NCBI GenBank assembly: GCA_002841275.1
Contig: PHET01000004.1
Span: forward strand, 87,289 to 151,288
Direction of reading: 5' to 3'
Source: Actinobacteria bacterium HGW-Actinobacteria-7
Lineage (GTDB): Bacteria > Actinomycetota > Coriobacteriia > Anaerosomatales > PHET01
Length of the DNA stretch: 64,000 bases
The notes beneath the pieces are model-generated. The model made no database searches, was not told the origin of the DNA, and worked only from the letters and a program-made list of their open reading frames with translations. Made by a program: the position numbers and the translations under genes. Shown here piece by piece: positions 36,798 to 45,922 of this stretch; the stretch's first letter is position 1; each line of letters starts with the position of its first letter.

Positions 36798-37013
36798 CTA
36801 GCGTTCCAGAGGGGTTCCCGGGTGTTCCTCGTCAACTCGTGCGTCCTCACTTGGCGGACGAACGATCGCGGTCTTGACCCGGCAGCTGCTGTCCCCGCTC
36901 TTGCACATCGTGCACGAGCCGGTACATCCCACTACCTTCAGGGTGTTGCAGCGAGGGCAACGGATCTCATCGGAAGCCAGCCCACACGAGGGGCACGTCG
37001 ACAGCATCGCCAC
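36798..37013 (-). CDS. small Cys-rich protein abutting the feoB stop codon (8 Cys)
   Basis: The GTG start follows the feoB TAG directly. The protein has CPSCG..x8..CPRC, then CTGSCTMC..x6..C. Coding status is uncertain. Confidence 0.45.
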   Translation of the reverse strand: MAMLSTCPSCGLASDEIRCPRCNTLKVVGCTGSCTMCKSGDSSCRVKTAIVRPPSEDARVDEEHPGTPLER

Positions 37014-38894
37014 CTACATCACCCCCGTAAATACCAGGCCGCGCGCAACCAGACCGCCCACCAGAAACGCGAGGGTGACCGAGCCGACGATCAGACCTGC
37101 GGTGTATACCCAGCCACGCTCCTTGAGCACGACCATGACACTGGCGATGCAAGGGACGAACAGCGTGATCGTGATCATCGCGACCAGCAGCTGCGGATCG
37201 CTCAGGTGCATGGTGAAGAATCCGGCCGCTCCGAAGTCTCGACGCACAAAGCCCATCACGAACGCCTGAGCTGCCTGCGGCTTGAGCATCAGCCAGCCCA
37301 CCGTCAGGGGCTCAGCAATCCGGATGATCCACCCAAGGATCCCCGTTACCTGGAGCAGCGAGATCAGCAACGCGCCCACGGCGAAGAACACGGCGACCTC
37401 GCGCATGAAGTGCCAGACCTTGATGCCGCTCTTTCGCACGACGTTGTCGAGCCGAGGGGCCCTAAGCGATGGCAGATCGATCAACAAGGCCGTCGACTGG
37501 CCGGGCACAATCTTGTTCAGTACAGTGCCCAGCGCCACAAAGATCAGCACCAGCGCACCAAGGTAGCCGGCGGCATAGAGGGGCCCGGTTCGCGCCATGA
37601 GCGCCGCGATGACGGCGATCTGGGCCGAACACGGCACCGCGATAGCCATAAGCGCCGTCGCGATGAACCGTTCGCGCTTCGAGCCCAGGATCCGAGTCGT
37701 GAGTGTACCCATCGTCACGCAGCCCAAGCCCAGAATCAGCGGGATGACCGCCCGCCCGTTCAGCCCCATCGAGGTGAGTGAGCGATCCGCGAGAGCCGCG
37801 ATTCTGGGCAGATATCCCGTGTCTTCGAGCACGGCCAGCAGCACGTAGAAGCCCGTGACCAGGGGCAGAATCACGCCAATAAGGTAGGTTGGCGTCATCG
37901 TCAGCACGCCGAACTCGCCTGCCAAGACAGTGAAGAGCCAGGAACCCGGCGCTGTGAACGCCCCCACGGCACGTTCTACCAGTGGGACCCAGTAGCCTTT
38001 CATAACAGTGTTCTCGAGCACGCCCACCACGCCTCCGGCGATCCACTGTCCCAACACGACCCACATCGCGTACAAGAGCGCGAGCAGCATGGGCACACCG
38101 GTGAGCGGATGCATCATCGCGTGACTGAGCTTCGCCGAGAAGCTCGCTCCGCGAACCTCCTCGGTGATCACGTGGTGGCAGATATCATTCACCCGGTCGC
38201 GGCGGCGGAGATAGATCTCATCGCGGGACACACCCGGACCGATCCCGTGACGTTCGCTGATGACCTCGTCGCCCTCAAGCACCATGAGCGCCTCGGCTCT
38301 CGAACCCACTCTGGAGGCCATCTCGACGAGTGCGATCTCGAGGTCGTGATCCGAGCGTCCCGTCCGCGCACGATCTAGCGACTCCCTCAGTTCGTCGATC
38401 CCTCGGCCTTCGATGGCCACCGTCTCGACTACAGGAACCCCAAGAAGATCCTCGAGTAGGTCCCGGTCGATTCCGACCCCGCGCTTACGCGCTTCGTCGG
38501 CCATGTTCAGCGCCACAACCATGCGCTTGCCCATGTCGACCAGTTGTAGCGTCAGGAAGAGGTCTCGCTCGAGATGCACGGCGTCGACCACATTCACGAC
38601 CACGTCACCGGTCAGAATGATGTCCCGCGCTACTCGCTCTTCATCGTTGAAGCTCGACACCCCGTAGACGCCCGGAGTGTCGACGACGTCGATGTCGCCG
38701 TAGCGGCCGCGCGTGAGCTCGACTGTTGTGCCGGGAAAGTTGGAAACGTCGACATACGTCCCCGTGAAAGCATTGAACACGACGGACTTGCCAACGTTGG
38801 GGTTGCCGGCGAGTACGATCGTCTCGCACCCGGGTCTGGCGTCGGTACCGCCCGGAATGTGGCAGTGGGCCGATGACTCACTGGGTCGGGCCAT
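37014..38894 (-). CDS. feoB: ferrous iron transporter FeoB
   Basis: G-domain motifs GNPNVGKS and DTPG, with a polytopic C-terminus. RBS GAGGAGAA. Confidence 0.9.
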   Translation of the reverse strand: MARPSESSAHCHIPGGTDARPGCETIVLAGNPNVGKSVVFNAFTGTYVDVSNFPGTTVELTRGRYGDIDVVDTPGVYGVSSFNDEERVARDIILTGDVVVNVVDAVHLERDLFLTLQLVDMGKRMVVALNMADEARKRGVGIDRDLLEDLLGVPVVETVAIEGRGIDELRESLDRARTGRSDHDLEIALVEMASRVGSRAEALMVLEGDEVISERHGIGPGVSRDEIYLRRRDRVNDICHHVITEEVRGASFSAKLSHAMMHPLTGVPMLLALLYAMWVVLGQWIAGGVVGVLENTVMKGYWVPLVERAVGAFTAPGSWLFTVLAGEFGVLTMTPTYLIGVILPLVTGFYVLLAVLEDTGYLPRIAALADRSLTSMGLNGRAVIPLILGLGCVTMGTLTTRILGSKRERFIATALMAIAVPCSAQIAVIAALMARTGPLYAAGYLGALVLIFVALGTVLNKIVPGQSTALLIDLPSLRAPRLDNVVRKSGIKVWHFMREVAVFFAVGALLISLLQVTGILGWIIRIAEPLTVGWLMLKPQAAQAFVMGFVRRDFGAAGFFTMHLSDPQLLVAMITITLFVPCIASVMVVLKERGWVYTAGLIVGSVTLAFLVGGLVARGLVFTGVM

Positions 38895-38962
38895 TATGGA
38901 TTCTCCTCATGATGCAGATTGTCTCGTGAAGACAAGTGACCGGTCCGAACTCGCGGAATACG

Positions 38963-39244
38963 TCAATTCCGCACGGCGCGGTCATGATCTGGTCGGCGAC
39001 GCACTTGGATGCGCTCGGCGAGTCCGCGGCCAACCGCTATCTCCTGGCGGCCGCTCTTGAGCACGATCGGCCCGGCAGGTACTCGCGTCAGACACTCGAC
39101 GCTGGCACCCGCCGACATCCCGAACCGCAGCGCCTGGACGCGGGCCAAGTCGTCATCCACCGAGACTATCTCGAAATGTTCGCCTTTTCGGGCGCAGCTC
39201 AATGCACAGGTCTCGCAGAACTGTTGCTCGGTCTTCTCTACCAT
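38963..39244 (-). CDS. feoA: FeoA-family protein
   Basis: 93 aa. LRFGMSAGASVECLTRVPAGPIVLKSGRQEIAVGRGLAERIQV is FeoA/SH3-like. RBS AAGGAGAA. Confidence 0.8.
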   Translation of the reverse strand: MVEKTEQQFCETCALSCARKGEHFEIVSVDDDLARVQALRFGMSAGASVECLTRVPAGPIVLKSGRQEIAVGRGLAERIQVRRRPDHDRAVRN

Positions 39245-39271
39245 CGGGAGTTCTCCTTGTGCAAGCGTCGT

Positions 39272-39309
39272 ACTTAGTATGTGCTAAGTCTTGCTGAATG
39301 CACATACTA
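39272..39309. promoter_or_regulatory. nested inverted repeats in the feoA / GGDEF-EAL divergent promoter region (candidate metalloregulator operator)
   Basis: TAGTATGTGC (39275-84) and GCACATACTA (39300-09) form a perfect 10-bp inverted repeat. ACTTAG-N6-CTAAGT lies at 39272-39289. The patch is locally AT-rich. Confidence 0.4.
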
Positions 39310-39441
39310 TGCCGAGATGACTCTGGCGGTCAAGGAAGTGTCCCCGACGGCAGTACCGTGCCCCACGCGTACAGCGCACTCACTTCTCCGACCGAGGAAT
39401 TCAAACCAGCGCGCTGTAATGCCGATACCTGTACAGTTAGC

Positions 39442-42327
39442 ATGGTTAAGCAACAGAGCCGCCGGGTCGGGGGACCCGCTGATTCGTCAGGACGGGAACC
39501 ATTGCGGAGTGTCTCGATTCGAACGCGCATCGTGCTCGCCATGGCGCTCGTGGGCGTCGCGGCATTCGGAAGCATGATCGTCGCGCTCAACGCCGACTAT
39601 CACACCCAGGTCGATCGGGCTGCCAACGACGCGCTCCTCAATTCTCGCCTCGCCTTCAGCGCCCTGATTGAGCACGACACCGAGAAGCTGACCGCTGTTC
39701 TCGAGACTGTTATGAGCCGAGACGACCTGCGGCAGGCGTTGGCAGCGCGCGACAAGAGACGACTCCTCGAGCTCAGTAATCCCCTCTACGCAGAGCTCGA
39801 ACGGCGCTACGGAGTCACGCACCTCTACTTCATCGCACCCGACGGCAGGGTTGTCCTGCGAACTCACCGGCCGTCGCAGTCAGGTGACCTCATCGCACAG
39901 ACGACTTTCACGGAAGCTCAGCGGACAGAAACGTTCGGTGCCGGACTCGAGCTGGGGCTGACCGCATACGCGTTGCGCGTCGTGCACCCCGTCACACTCA
40001 CTGACGGCACCCCGGATTCCAGCCACCCATCCACTGAGCCGGTAGTGGGATACATCGAGGTTGCCGAGGACGTCGGGCCGTTTCTCCAGGAGTTGAAGCA
40101 GCAGGACGGCGGCGATTTCGGCTTGCTGTTGGACAAGAAGTCGCTGAATCGCAAGGCCTGGGCAAAGATGCGCTCGGAGAACAGCCAGCCCGATGATTGG
40201 GACGACCGCTCCGCCCAGGTACTGGCCGTGTCAACCAACGTCTCGCTGTCTGACCGTATGCGCTACCCCGGTGCACTTTCATCACTTCCCTCAGAGGGCC
40301 GGGTTCTCGGCGTGACAACGCAGAACGGGCTGACAAAGGCCACCTGCGTCTACCCGGTCTCTGATGCGGCCGGAAAGAGCAGTGGAGCCATAGTCGTCAT
40401 CCATGACCTCAGTCCGGTCACCGCCCAGCTGCGTGACCGTGAGCTCCGAACCGCCGCCATCATGCTCATATCGGGAGCCGCGCTTCTCATGGCCGTGCTG
40501 CTGCTGGTCAACCGCCTGGTCTTTGCCCGGCTGTATGCGATGGATGCTCACATCGGGCCATCGTCGCCCGGCGTGATGCCATTCCCAATTGAAGGCGATG
40601 ACGGCATCGGCCGTGACGAGATCGGGCAGTTCGAGCAGGAACTCGCCCAGAGCCGGCGTGGACTCGAACTACAGTCCGCCCTGCTGAACAACGCAAGTGA
40701 GTCCTTCCTCGCGCTGGATGAGCGGGGCACTATCGTTTACGTGAACGAGGCCGCATGTGTCTCCCGCGGGTACGCTCCCGACGAACTGCTGGGGATGTCG
40801 GCCGGGATTCTGGTCTCCGACGCCTACCGAGCAGCCGTTCCGACTTTCATCAAAGGCATTCTTAGCACCGGGCACGGACGCTTCGAGTCTGAGCACAAGA
40901 CCAAGGGCGGACGCGTCTTCCCCGTCGAGATTCACGCCAAGAGCATCTCAACCGCTGGGCGGAACGTGATTGCCGCCGAAGTCCGCGATCTGAGTGAGCG
41001 CAAAGAGTCTGAGGCCACGATCAAGCGGCTGGCCTACTACGATTCGCTCACAGGGCTCGCCAACAGACGGCTACTGGACGACCGCATCGCGATGGCGCTG
41101 GCCCATGCCGCTCGCGCCGATTCGTCCTTAGCCGTAGTGTTCGTCGATGTCGACGGCCTGAAGACAATCAACGACTCAATGGGCCACCCGGCCGGCGACC
41201 GCGTGCTCAAGGAGGCAGCAAGGCGTCTCTCTCAGATCGTCCGGGAAGAAGACACCGTGTCGCGCATGGGTGGTGACGAGTTCGTGATACTCGTCACCGA
41301 CGTTGGCCCGGAAGAGGCCCAGGAGTTCGCAGAGCGGGTAGCGGGGGTCTTCGCCCCCCCCATGTTCATTGCAGGCAAGAGAATCTCAGTCACAGCCTCT
41401 GTGGGAATCGCCGTTCGCGAAGAAGGCGATTCCACCTCAGACTCGCTGATCCGGCGCGCCGATGCGGCGATGTACGCGGTCAAGCAGTCTGGTGGGCACG
41501 GGCATCGAGTGTTCCAACCTCAGATGACCGCAACCTCTGATGCAACGCGTTTCGCCCTTCGCACAGAGATCAGAGATTCCTTCGACAAAGGTCAGTTCTC
41601 CCTCCGTTATCAGCCGCAAGTGCGGCTCGAGGACGGCGTGATTTCGGGAGTCGAGGCACTTCTGCGCTGGGAGCACCCCACGAAAGGCAACATACCGCCA
41701 GGCGAGTTCATCGCGGTAGCCGAGGAGGCCGGCCTGATCGTCCCCATCGGCACGTGGGTCATAGACACGGCATGCCGCCAGGCGATGCGGTGGCGCGATT
41801 CGGGGCTGGATATCCGCATGAACGTGAACGTCTCAGCCTGGCAGTTCCTGCACGGCGATCTGGTCGGAATCGTCGCGTCGTGTCTCGCGAGCAGTGGTCT
41901 GCCTGCAGAGAGACTTGAGCTCGAGATTACCGAGGGCACCGCGCTCAGTGACTCCGCTGACGTGCAGAAATCGCTGGACGGGCTCAAAGAGCTGGGGGTC
42001 CGCATCGCCATCGACGACTTCGGAATCGGCTACTCCTCGCTTGGAATCATCGACCGCATGTCGGTTCACTCGTTGAAGATCGACAAGCTGTTCGTCTCAC
42101 AGATGGTCGCCCGACCGCAGAGCAGGGCCATCGTGGGCACGATCATCGGGCTCGCGCGCTTCCTGAACCTGCTCGTCGTGGCAGAAGGCGTGGAGAGCGT
42201 CGATCAACTCGCCGCTCTTGGGGAGCTGGACTGTGCCGAGGCGCAGGGTTATCTGCTCAGCCGAGCGGTCACGCCCGATGAGATCGCGAGACTGGCAACA
42301 GAAGTCGTGGACCTGCGACCCAGCTGA
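39442..42327 (+). CDS. membrane sensor with PAS, GGDEF and EAL domains
   Basis: TM helix, large extracytoplasmic region, second TM helix, PAS, then RMGGDEFVIL and EALLRWEHP...EITE...DDFGIGYSSL. The start is uncertain (39442 or 39298). Confidence 0.85.
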   Translation: MVKQQSRRVGGPADSSGREPLRSVSIRTRIVLAMALVGVAAFGSMIVALNADYHTQVDRAANDALLNSRLAFSALIEHDTEKLTAVLETVMSRDDLRQALAARDKRRLLELSNPLYAELERRYGVTHLYFIAPDGRVVLRTHRPSQSGDLIAQTTFTEAQRTETFGAGLELGLTAYALRVVHPVTLTDGTPDSSHPSTEPVVGYIEVAEDVGPFLQELKQQDGGDFGLLLDKKSLNRKAWAKMRSENSQPDDWDDRSAQVLAVSTNVSLSDRMRYPGALSSLPSEGRVLGVTTQNGLTKATCVYPVSDAAGKSSGAIVVIHDLSPVTAQLRDRELRTAAIMLISGAALLMAVLLLVNRLVFARLYAMDAHIGPSSPGVMPFPIEGDDGIGRDEIGQFEQELAQSRRGLELQSALLNNASESFLALDERGTIVYVNEAACVSRGYAPDELLGMSAGILVSDAYRAAVPTFIKGILSTGHGRFESEHKTKGGRVFPVEIHAKSISTAGRNVIAAEVRDLSERKESEATIKRLAYYDSLTGLANRRLLDDRIAMALAHAARADSSLAVVFVDVDGLKTINDSMGHPAGDRVLKEAARRLSQIVREEDTVSRMGGDEFVILVTDVGPEEAQEFAERVAGVFAPPMFIAGKRISVTASVGIAVREEGDSTSDSLIRRADAAMYAVKQSGGHGHRVFQPQMTATSDATRFALRTEIRDSFDKGQFSLRYQPQVRLEDGVISGVEALLRWEHPTKGNIPPGEFIAVAEEAGLIVPIGTWVIDTACRQAMRWRDSGLDIRMNVNVSAWQFLHGDLVGIVASCLASSGLPAERLELEITEGTALSDSADVQKSLDGLKELGVRIAIDDFGIGYSSLGIIDRMSVHSLKIDKLFVSQMVARPQSRAIVGTIIGLARFLNLLVVAEGVESVDQLAALGELDCAEAQGYLLSRAVTPDEIARLATEVVDLRPS

Positions 42328-42347
42328 CCGCCCGACTTCCCCTGAAC

Positions 42348-42929
42348 CTAGATTCCGTCGGGATCGGGTACGTACCCCTCCGCCTGCACGAACGCCGGAC
42401 CCAGGCGCTCTCCCAGTCGGTAGTACTCGAAGTTGTGCATAGAGAAGATGAGCGGGTCGACTTTCGCCATGTTGGGCAGACCCTCGTCGAGGACATCCTC
42501 CTCGACGTAGGCGCCGGCGATTCGGCCAATGTAGGCACGGTTGTTCTGAAACTCAATAACATCGACCAGCTCGCACTCAAGGCAAACCGGGCAGGCCTGG
42601 ACCATCGGAGCGCTCGAAAGGTCTCCATAAAACGACTTGAACAGTCTGGACTTGTCGACTTCGCGCCCGGTCTTGGTCCCTGCGTAGTCCACTGCGGCAC
42701 GCAGACTCACGGAGGGAGTGTTCACCGAGAAGGCCGCATGCACTTCGATGCCGGGGTTGCTGTGGTGGTTCTTGGTCAAAGCCACGCATATGGTGGGCGG
42801 TTCATGATCGACGGCCCCCACATACGTCGCGCACATGAAGTTGGGCTTGCCCTGCAAATCGTGAGAACCAATGATGACAAGTGGCATAGGGTAGAGGTAG
42901 GTGCCTACGTCAATACGCTTCTTCGCCAT
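42348..42929 (-). CDS. flavin reductase-like (FMN-binding split barrel) protein
   Basis: YPMPLVIIGS...GKPNFMCATYVG; this call is by resemblance. Confidence 0.7.
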   Translation of the reverse strand: MAKKRIDVGTYLYPMPLVIIGSHDLQGKPNFMCATYVGAVDHEPPTICVALTKNHHSNPGIEVHAAFSVNTPSVSLRAAVDYAGTKTGREVDKSRLFKSFYGDLSSAPMVQACPVCLECELVDVIEFQNNRAYIGRIAGAYVEEDVLDEGLPNMAKVDPLIFSMHNFEYYRLGERLGPAFVQAEGYVPDPDGI

Positions 42930-42952
42930 TGAGACTCCTGTTTGTCAGACCA

Positions 42953-43300
42953 TCAGATCGCGGCGGTGATGCCCTCCAGGGCGGCGCGCAGACGTTCCGG
43001 CCGAAAAGGCGGGGGAATCCGCAGGGCACTACCCTCTCCAGCCGCATTGTCGTTGATGACGATCACGGGGATGTTCCGCGTGTTCATCGTCTGCATCATC
43101 CCACATGCCTGCGCCATGTCGGCGTCAACGACCACCGCCTGTGGAGCGCGTTCCGCGATCTTCTCCGCAGCAACCTCGCAGGTGGAAGCACGTCGGATGA
43201 GAACCCCCCAGTAGCTTCCCACGGTGAACGTCACAAGAGACATCACCGCGTCAGAGTCCGTGACCACCAAGACATCTGTCACCGCCACATTATGGGCCAT
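42953..43300 (-). CDS. single-domain receiver (CheY-like) protein
   Basis: Trimmed to the ATG at 43300. Contains VLVVTDSD, QAVVVDADM and IPVIVIND. Confidence 0.6.
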   Translation of the reverse strand: MAHNVAVTDVLVVTDSDAVMSLVTFTVGSYWGVLIRRASTCEVAAEKIAERAPQAVVVDADMAQACGMMQTMNTRNIPVIVINDNAAGEGSALRIPPPFRPERLRAALEGITAAI

Positions 43301-43371
43301 TACTGGCCAAAACGGGCACGCCCCTTGTCTGAAGCTCGCAACTTTGCAGTTCAAAAGGGGTATTCTCCGCC

Positions 43372-44271
43372 ATGAGAGCGCCCCGATTCCGCGAGAAAGA
43401 GACCCCCTTGGCCTACGCTGCCTTTTCTGAACTCCTTGCCGCCGCCGAACTGTCCGGCTCGCTTTCCGCTTCCGCAATCGATCGCGAGACCGCAGAGACC
43501 GCTGTCGCCCCTGCCCAGCTACGCGTACGCATGGCCGAGACGCTCACGGTCATGCGTGAGGCCGTCGCCACCGGGCTTCTCGGCGAGTCACGCTCGCGCT
43601 CGGGGTTGACGGGCGGTGACGCCAAACGGGTTGCCGAGTCCACCTCCGGGCCCGTTTCCGGGGTCTTCCAGACAGCCATCGCCGCTGCGCTCGCCACCGT
43701 TGAGGTCAACGCCGCGATGGGTCGCATCGTCGCGGCACCGACCGGCGGCGCTTCAGGTGTTCTGCCGGCGGTCATCCTCACTGTCGGTGCAGACCGCGGA
43801 TCGAGCGAGGACGAACTGGTTGACGCGCTGTTCACCGCTGCGGCCATCGGAGGCATCATCGCCGCCCGTGCCACGCTTTCAGGTGCGGCGGGCGGGTGCC
43901 AGGCCGAGGTGGGCTCGGCTGCGGCAATGGCGGCGGCTGCTGCAACCCAGCTCTGTGGGGGAACTCCAGAGCAGATAGGGCACGCTGCGTCACTTGCCCT
44001 ACAGGGCCTGATGGGTCTGGTCTGCGACCCCGTGGCAGGGCTGGTCGAGGTCCCGTGCGTCCACCGAAACGGCACCGGATGCGCACTTTCTTTAGCGGCT
44101 GCACAGATGGCCTTAGCAGGGATTATCTTTCCTGTACCGCTTGACGAGGTCATAGACGCACAGTCTTTGGTAGGGCGTTCGCTATCTCCATCGTTACGAG
44201 AGACCGCGCAAGGAGGTCTGGCAATCACGCCCACCGGACGTGATCTTGCCGAAAAGGCCCGGAGAAAGTGA
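43372..44271 (+). CDS. sdaAA: L-serine ammonia-lyase (Fe-S type) alpha subunit
   Basis: Contains PTGGASGVLPAVIL, CQAEVGSAAAMAA and CDPVAGLVEVPCVHRN. Confidence 0.9.
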   Translation: MRAPRFREKETPLAYAAFSELLAAAELSGSLSASAIDRETAETAVAPAQLRVRMAETLTVMREAVATGLLGESRSRSGLTGGDAKRVAESTSGPVSGVFQTAIAAALATVEVNAAMGRIVAAPTGGASGVLPAVILTVGADRGSSEDELVDALFTAAAIGGIIAARATLSGAAGGCQAEVGSAAAMAAAAATQLCGGTPEQIGHAASLALQGLMGLVCDPVAGLVEVPCVHRNGTGCALSLAAAQMALAGIIFPVPLDEVIDAQSLVGRSLSPSLRETAQGGLAITPTGRDLAEKARRK

Positions 44272-44275
44272 TCTG

Positions 44276-44956
44276 ATGAGTTTGACCGAGCACCCAAGTT
44301 CTGAGACGACCAGGGCCGCCGAGGACCTCGCGTTGTGCGCCCACGATCTGCGGGGGACGCTCACCGTCATCAGCGGATACGCGAACACGCTTCGCCGCCA
44401 CGGAGACCTCTCTGAGTCCCAGCGGGAACAGGCGCTCTCGGGAATCGAAGCTGCCGTTGCACGTGCTGACGGGATTATCGAAGACACTCTGGACGGGCGC
44501 GTGCGCGCCGGCTCAGGCTCGGGCGCAGTAAGCCTCGACGCCCTGATCCGACGTTCCGTCGCAGACGCTCGGGCGGCGACCGGCCGTGAAGTCAAGGAAC
44601 ACATCACCGCAACCCCCGTGGTCACTGGCGACGAACTCGCTCTCGCGCGCGTGCTCGACAACCTGCTGTCAAATGCAGCCAAGTACGCGCCCGAGGGAAA
44701 CATCGACGTGACTCTGTCTGTCGAGAATCCGGTCGCAATCATCGAGGTCGCGGACCGCGGCCCCGGCATCCCGCGTGCGGACCGGAAGCGAGTGCTTGAG
44801 CCCTTCATGCGACTGGAGCGCGACCAGAAGGCGCCGGGCACGGGACTTGGCCTGACGGTGGTCAAGAGCGTGGTTTCGCGGTTCGGCGGCTATGTCCAGA
44901 TATCTGACCGCAGGGGCGGCGGGGCGGCGATTCGGCTCTACCTGCCGCTCATCTAG
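44276..44956 (+). CDS. soluble histidine kinase (HisKA + HATPase_c only)
   Basis: Trimmed to the ATG at 44276. Contains H-box CAHDLRGTLTVISGY, N-box NLLSNAAKY, DRGPGIP and GTGLGL. Confidence 0.8.
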   Translation: MSLTEHPSSETTRAAEDLALCAHDLRGTLTVISGYANTLRRHGDLSESQREQALSGIEAAVARADGIIEDTLDGRVRAGSGSGAVSLDALIRRSVADARAATGREVKEHITATPVVTGDELALARVLDNLLSNAAKYAPEGNIDVTLSVENPVAIIEVADRGPGIPRADRKRVLEPFMRLERDQKAPGTGLGLTVVKSVVSRFGGYVQISDRRGGGAAIRLYLPLI

Positions 44957-45897
44957 CGACGCGGCTCCATCGCAAGTCCCACGAGTCGCGCGCACAGATC
45001 CGGGAACTCGATGCCTGCGGCGCGCGCAGCGTCCGGCAACAACGAAGTACTGGTCATCCCGGGAATGGTGTTGGTCTCCAGGACGTAGATGTCTTCGTCT
45101 GAAGTCACGATCAGGTCGGTCCGCGACATCCCCCTGCAACCCAGCACATCATGAGCGATCACCGAGAGTCGCTCGCACTCGCGTCTGGCTGCCTCGCTCA
45201 CCCTCGCGGGAATGATGTGCCGCGACATGCCCGGGGTGTATTTGCTGTCGTAGTCGTAGAACTCGTGCTCGGGAACGATTTCGAGCGTCGGCAGGGCGAT
45301 GGGGTGCTCGTTGCCCAACACGCCCACGGTAATCTCGGTTCCCGCAACGAAGCGTTCGACTAGAACGCTGCGGTCGTAATTGAACGCCAGACCGATGGCA
45401 GCGGGAAGTTCCGCATACTCGTGCACGATGGTCACGCCAATCGCGGATCCCTCGTTGGCTGGTTTGACTACGGTCTTGGGCCCCAGCTTGTCCACGATTC
45501 GGTCGAATTCGACCTCGTCGCCCCGCTTGACGATCACGTGCTCAGGCGTGGGTATCCCCGCCGCGACGAACAGCTGCTTGCTCATCACCTTGTCCATCGC
45601 CAGCGCGCTCGCAAGAACCCCGCTGCCGACGTAGGGCAGTTCGAGTAGTTCGCACAGCCCTTGGACCGTTCCATCTTCACCGAAACGCCCATGCAGACAG
45701 ATGAAGACCACGTTGGCCTGGGCACGAGCGAGCTGTATCACGAACTCGTCGTCGCCGCTGTCGATCTCGACTACGTCGAATCCGCTGTGCCGCAGCGCCG
45801 CCGAGACCTGTGCACCGGTGTGGAGTGAGACTTCGCGCTCGGCAGACCGGCCGCCCATCAAGACTGCGACCCGGATCTCCTCGGGGTGGATGGTCAT
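44953..45897 (-). CDS. ddl: D-alanine--D-alanine ligase (canonical)
   Basis: Trimmed to the ATG at 45897. Contains RVAVLMGGRSAEREVS, KPANEGSAIGV, FYDYDSKY (Lys-Tyr retained) and NTIPGMT. Confidence 0.9.
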   Translation of the reverse strand: MTIHPEEIRVAVLMGGRSAEREVSLHTGAQVSAALRHSGFDVVEIDSGDDEFVIQLARAQANVVFICLHGRFGEDGTVQGLCELLELPYVGSGVLASALAMDKVMSKQLFVAAGIPTPEHVIVKRGDEVEFDRIVDKLGPKTVVKPANEGSAIGVTIVHEYAELPAAIGLAFNYDRSVLVERFVAGTEITVGVLGNEHPIALPTLEIVPEHEFYDYDSKYTPGMSRHIIPARVSEAARRECERLSVIAHDVLGCRGMSRTDLIVTSDEDIYVLETNTIPGMTSTSLLPDAARAAGIEFPDLCARLVGLAMEPRR

Positions 45898-45922
45898 ACG
45901 TCCTGCCTTTCCAAACGGGCCG

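Noticed and set aside
44276-45897. A Van-type glycopeptide-resistance module, suggested by a histidine kinase next to a ddl gene.
   Set aside because: The adjacent ddl has the canonical Lys-Tyr omega-loop motif. The genes are convergent rather than co-transcribed. The kinase has no membrane sensor domain. No vanH, vanX or vanR-like genes are present.
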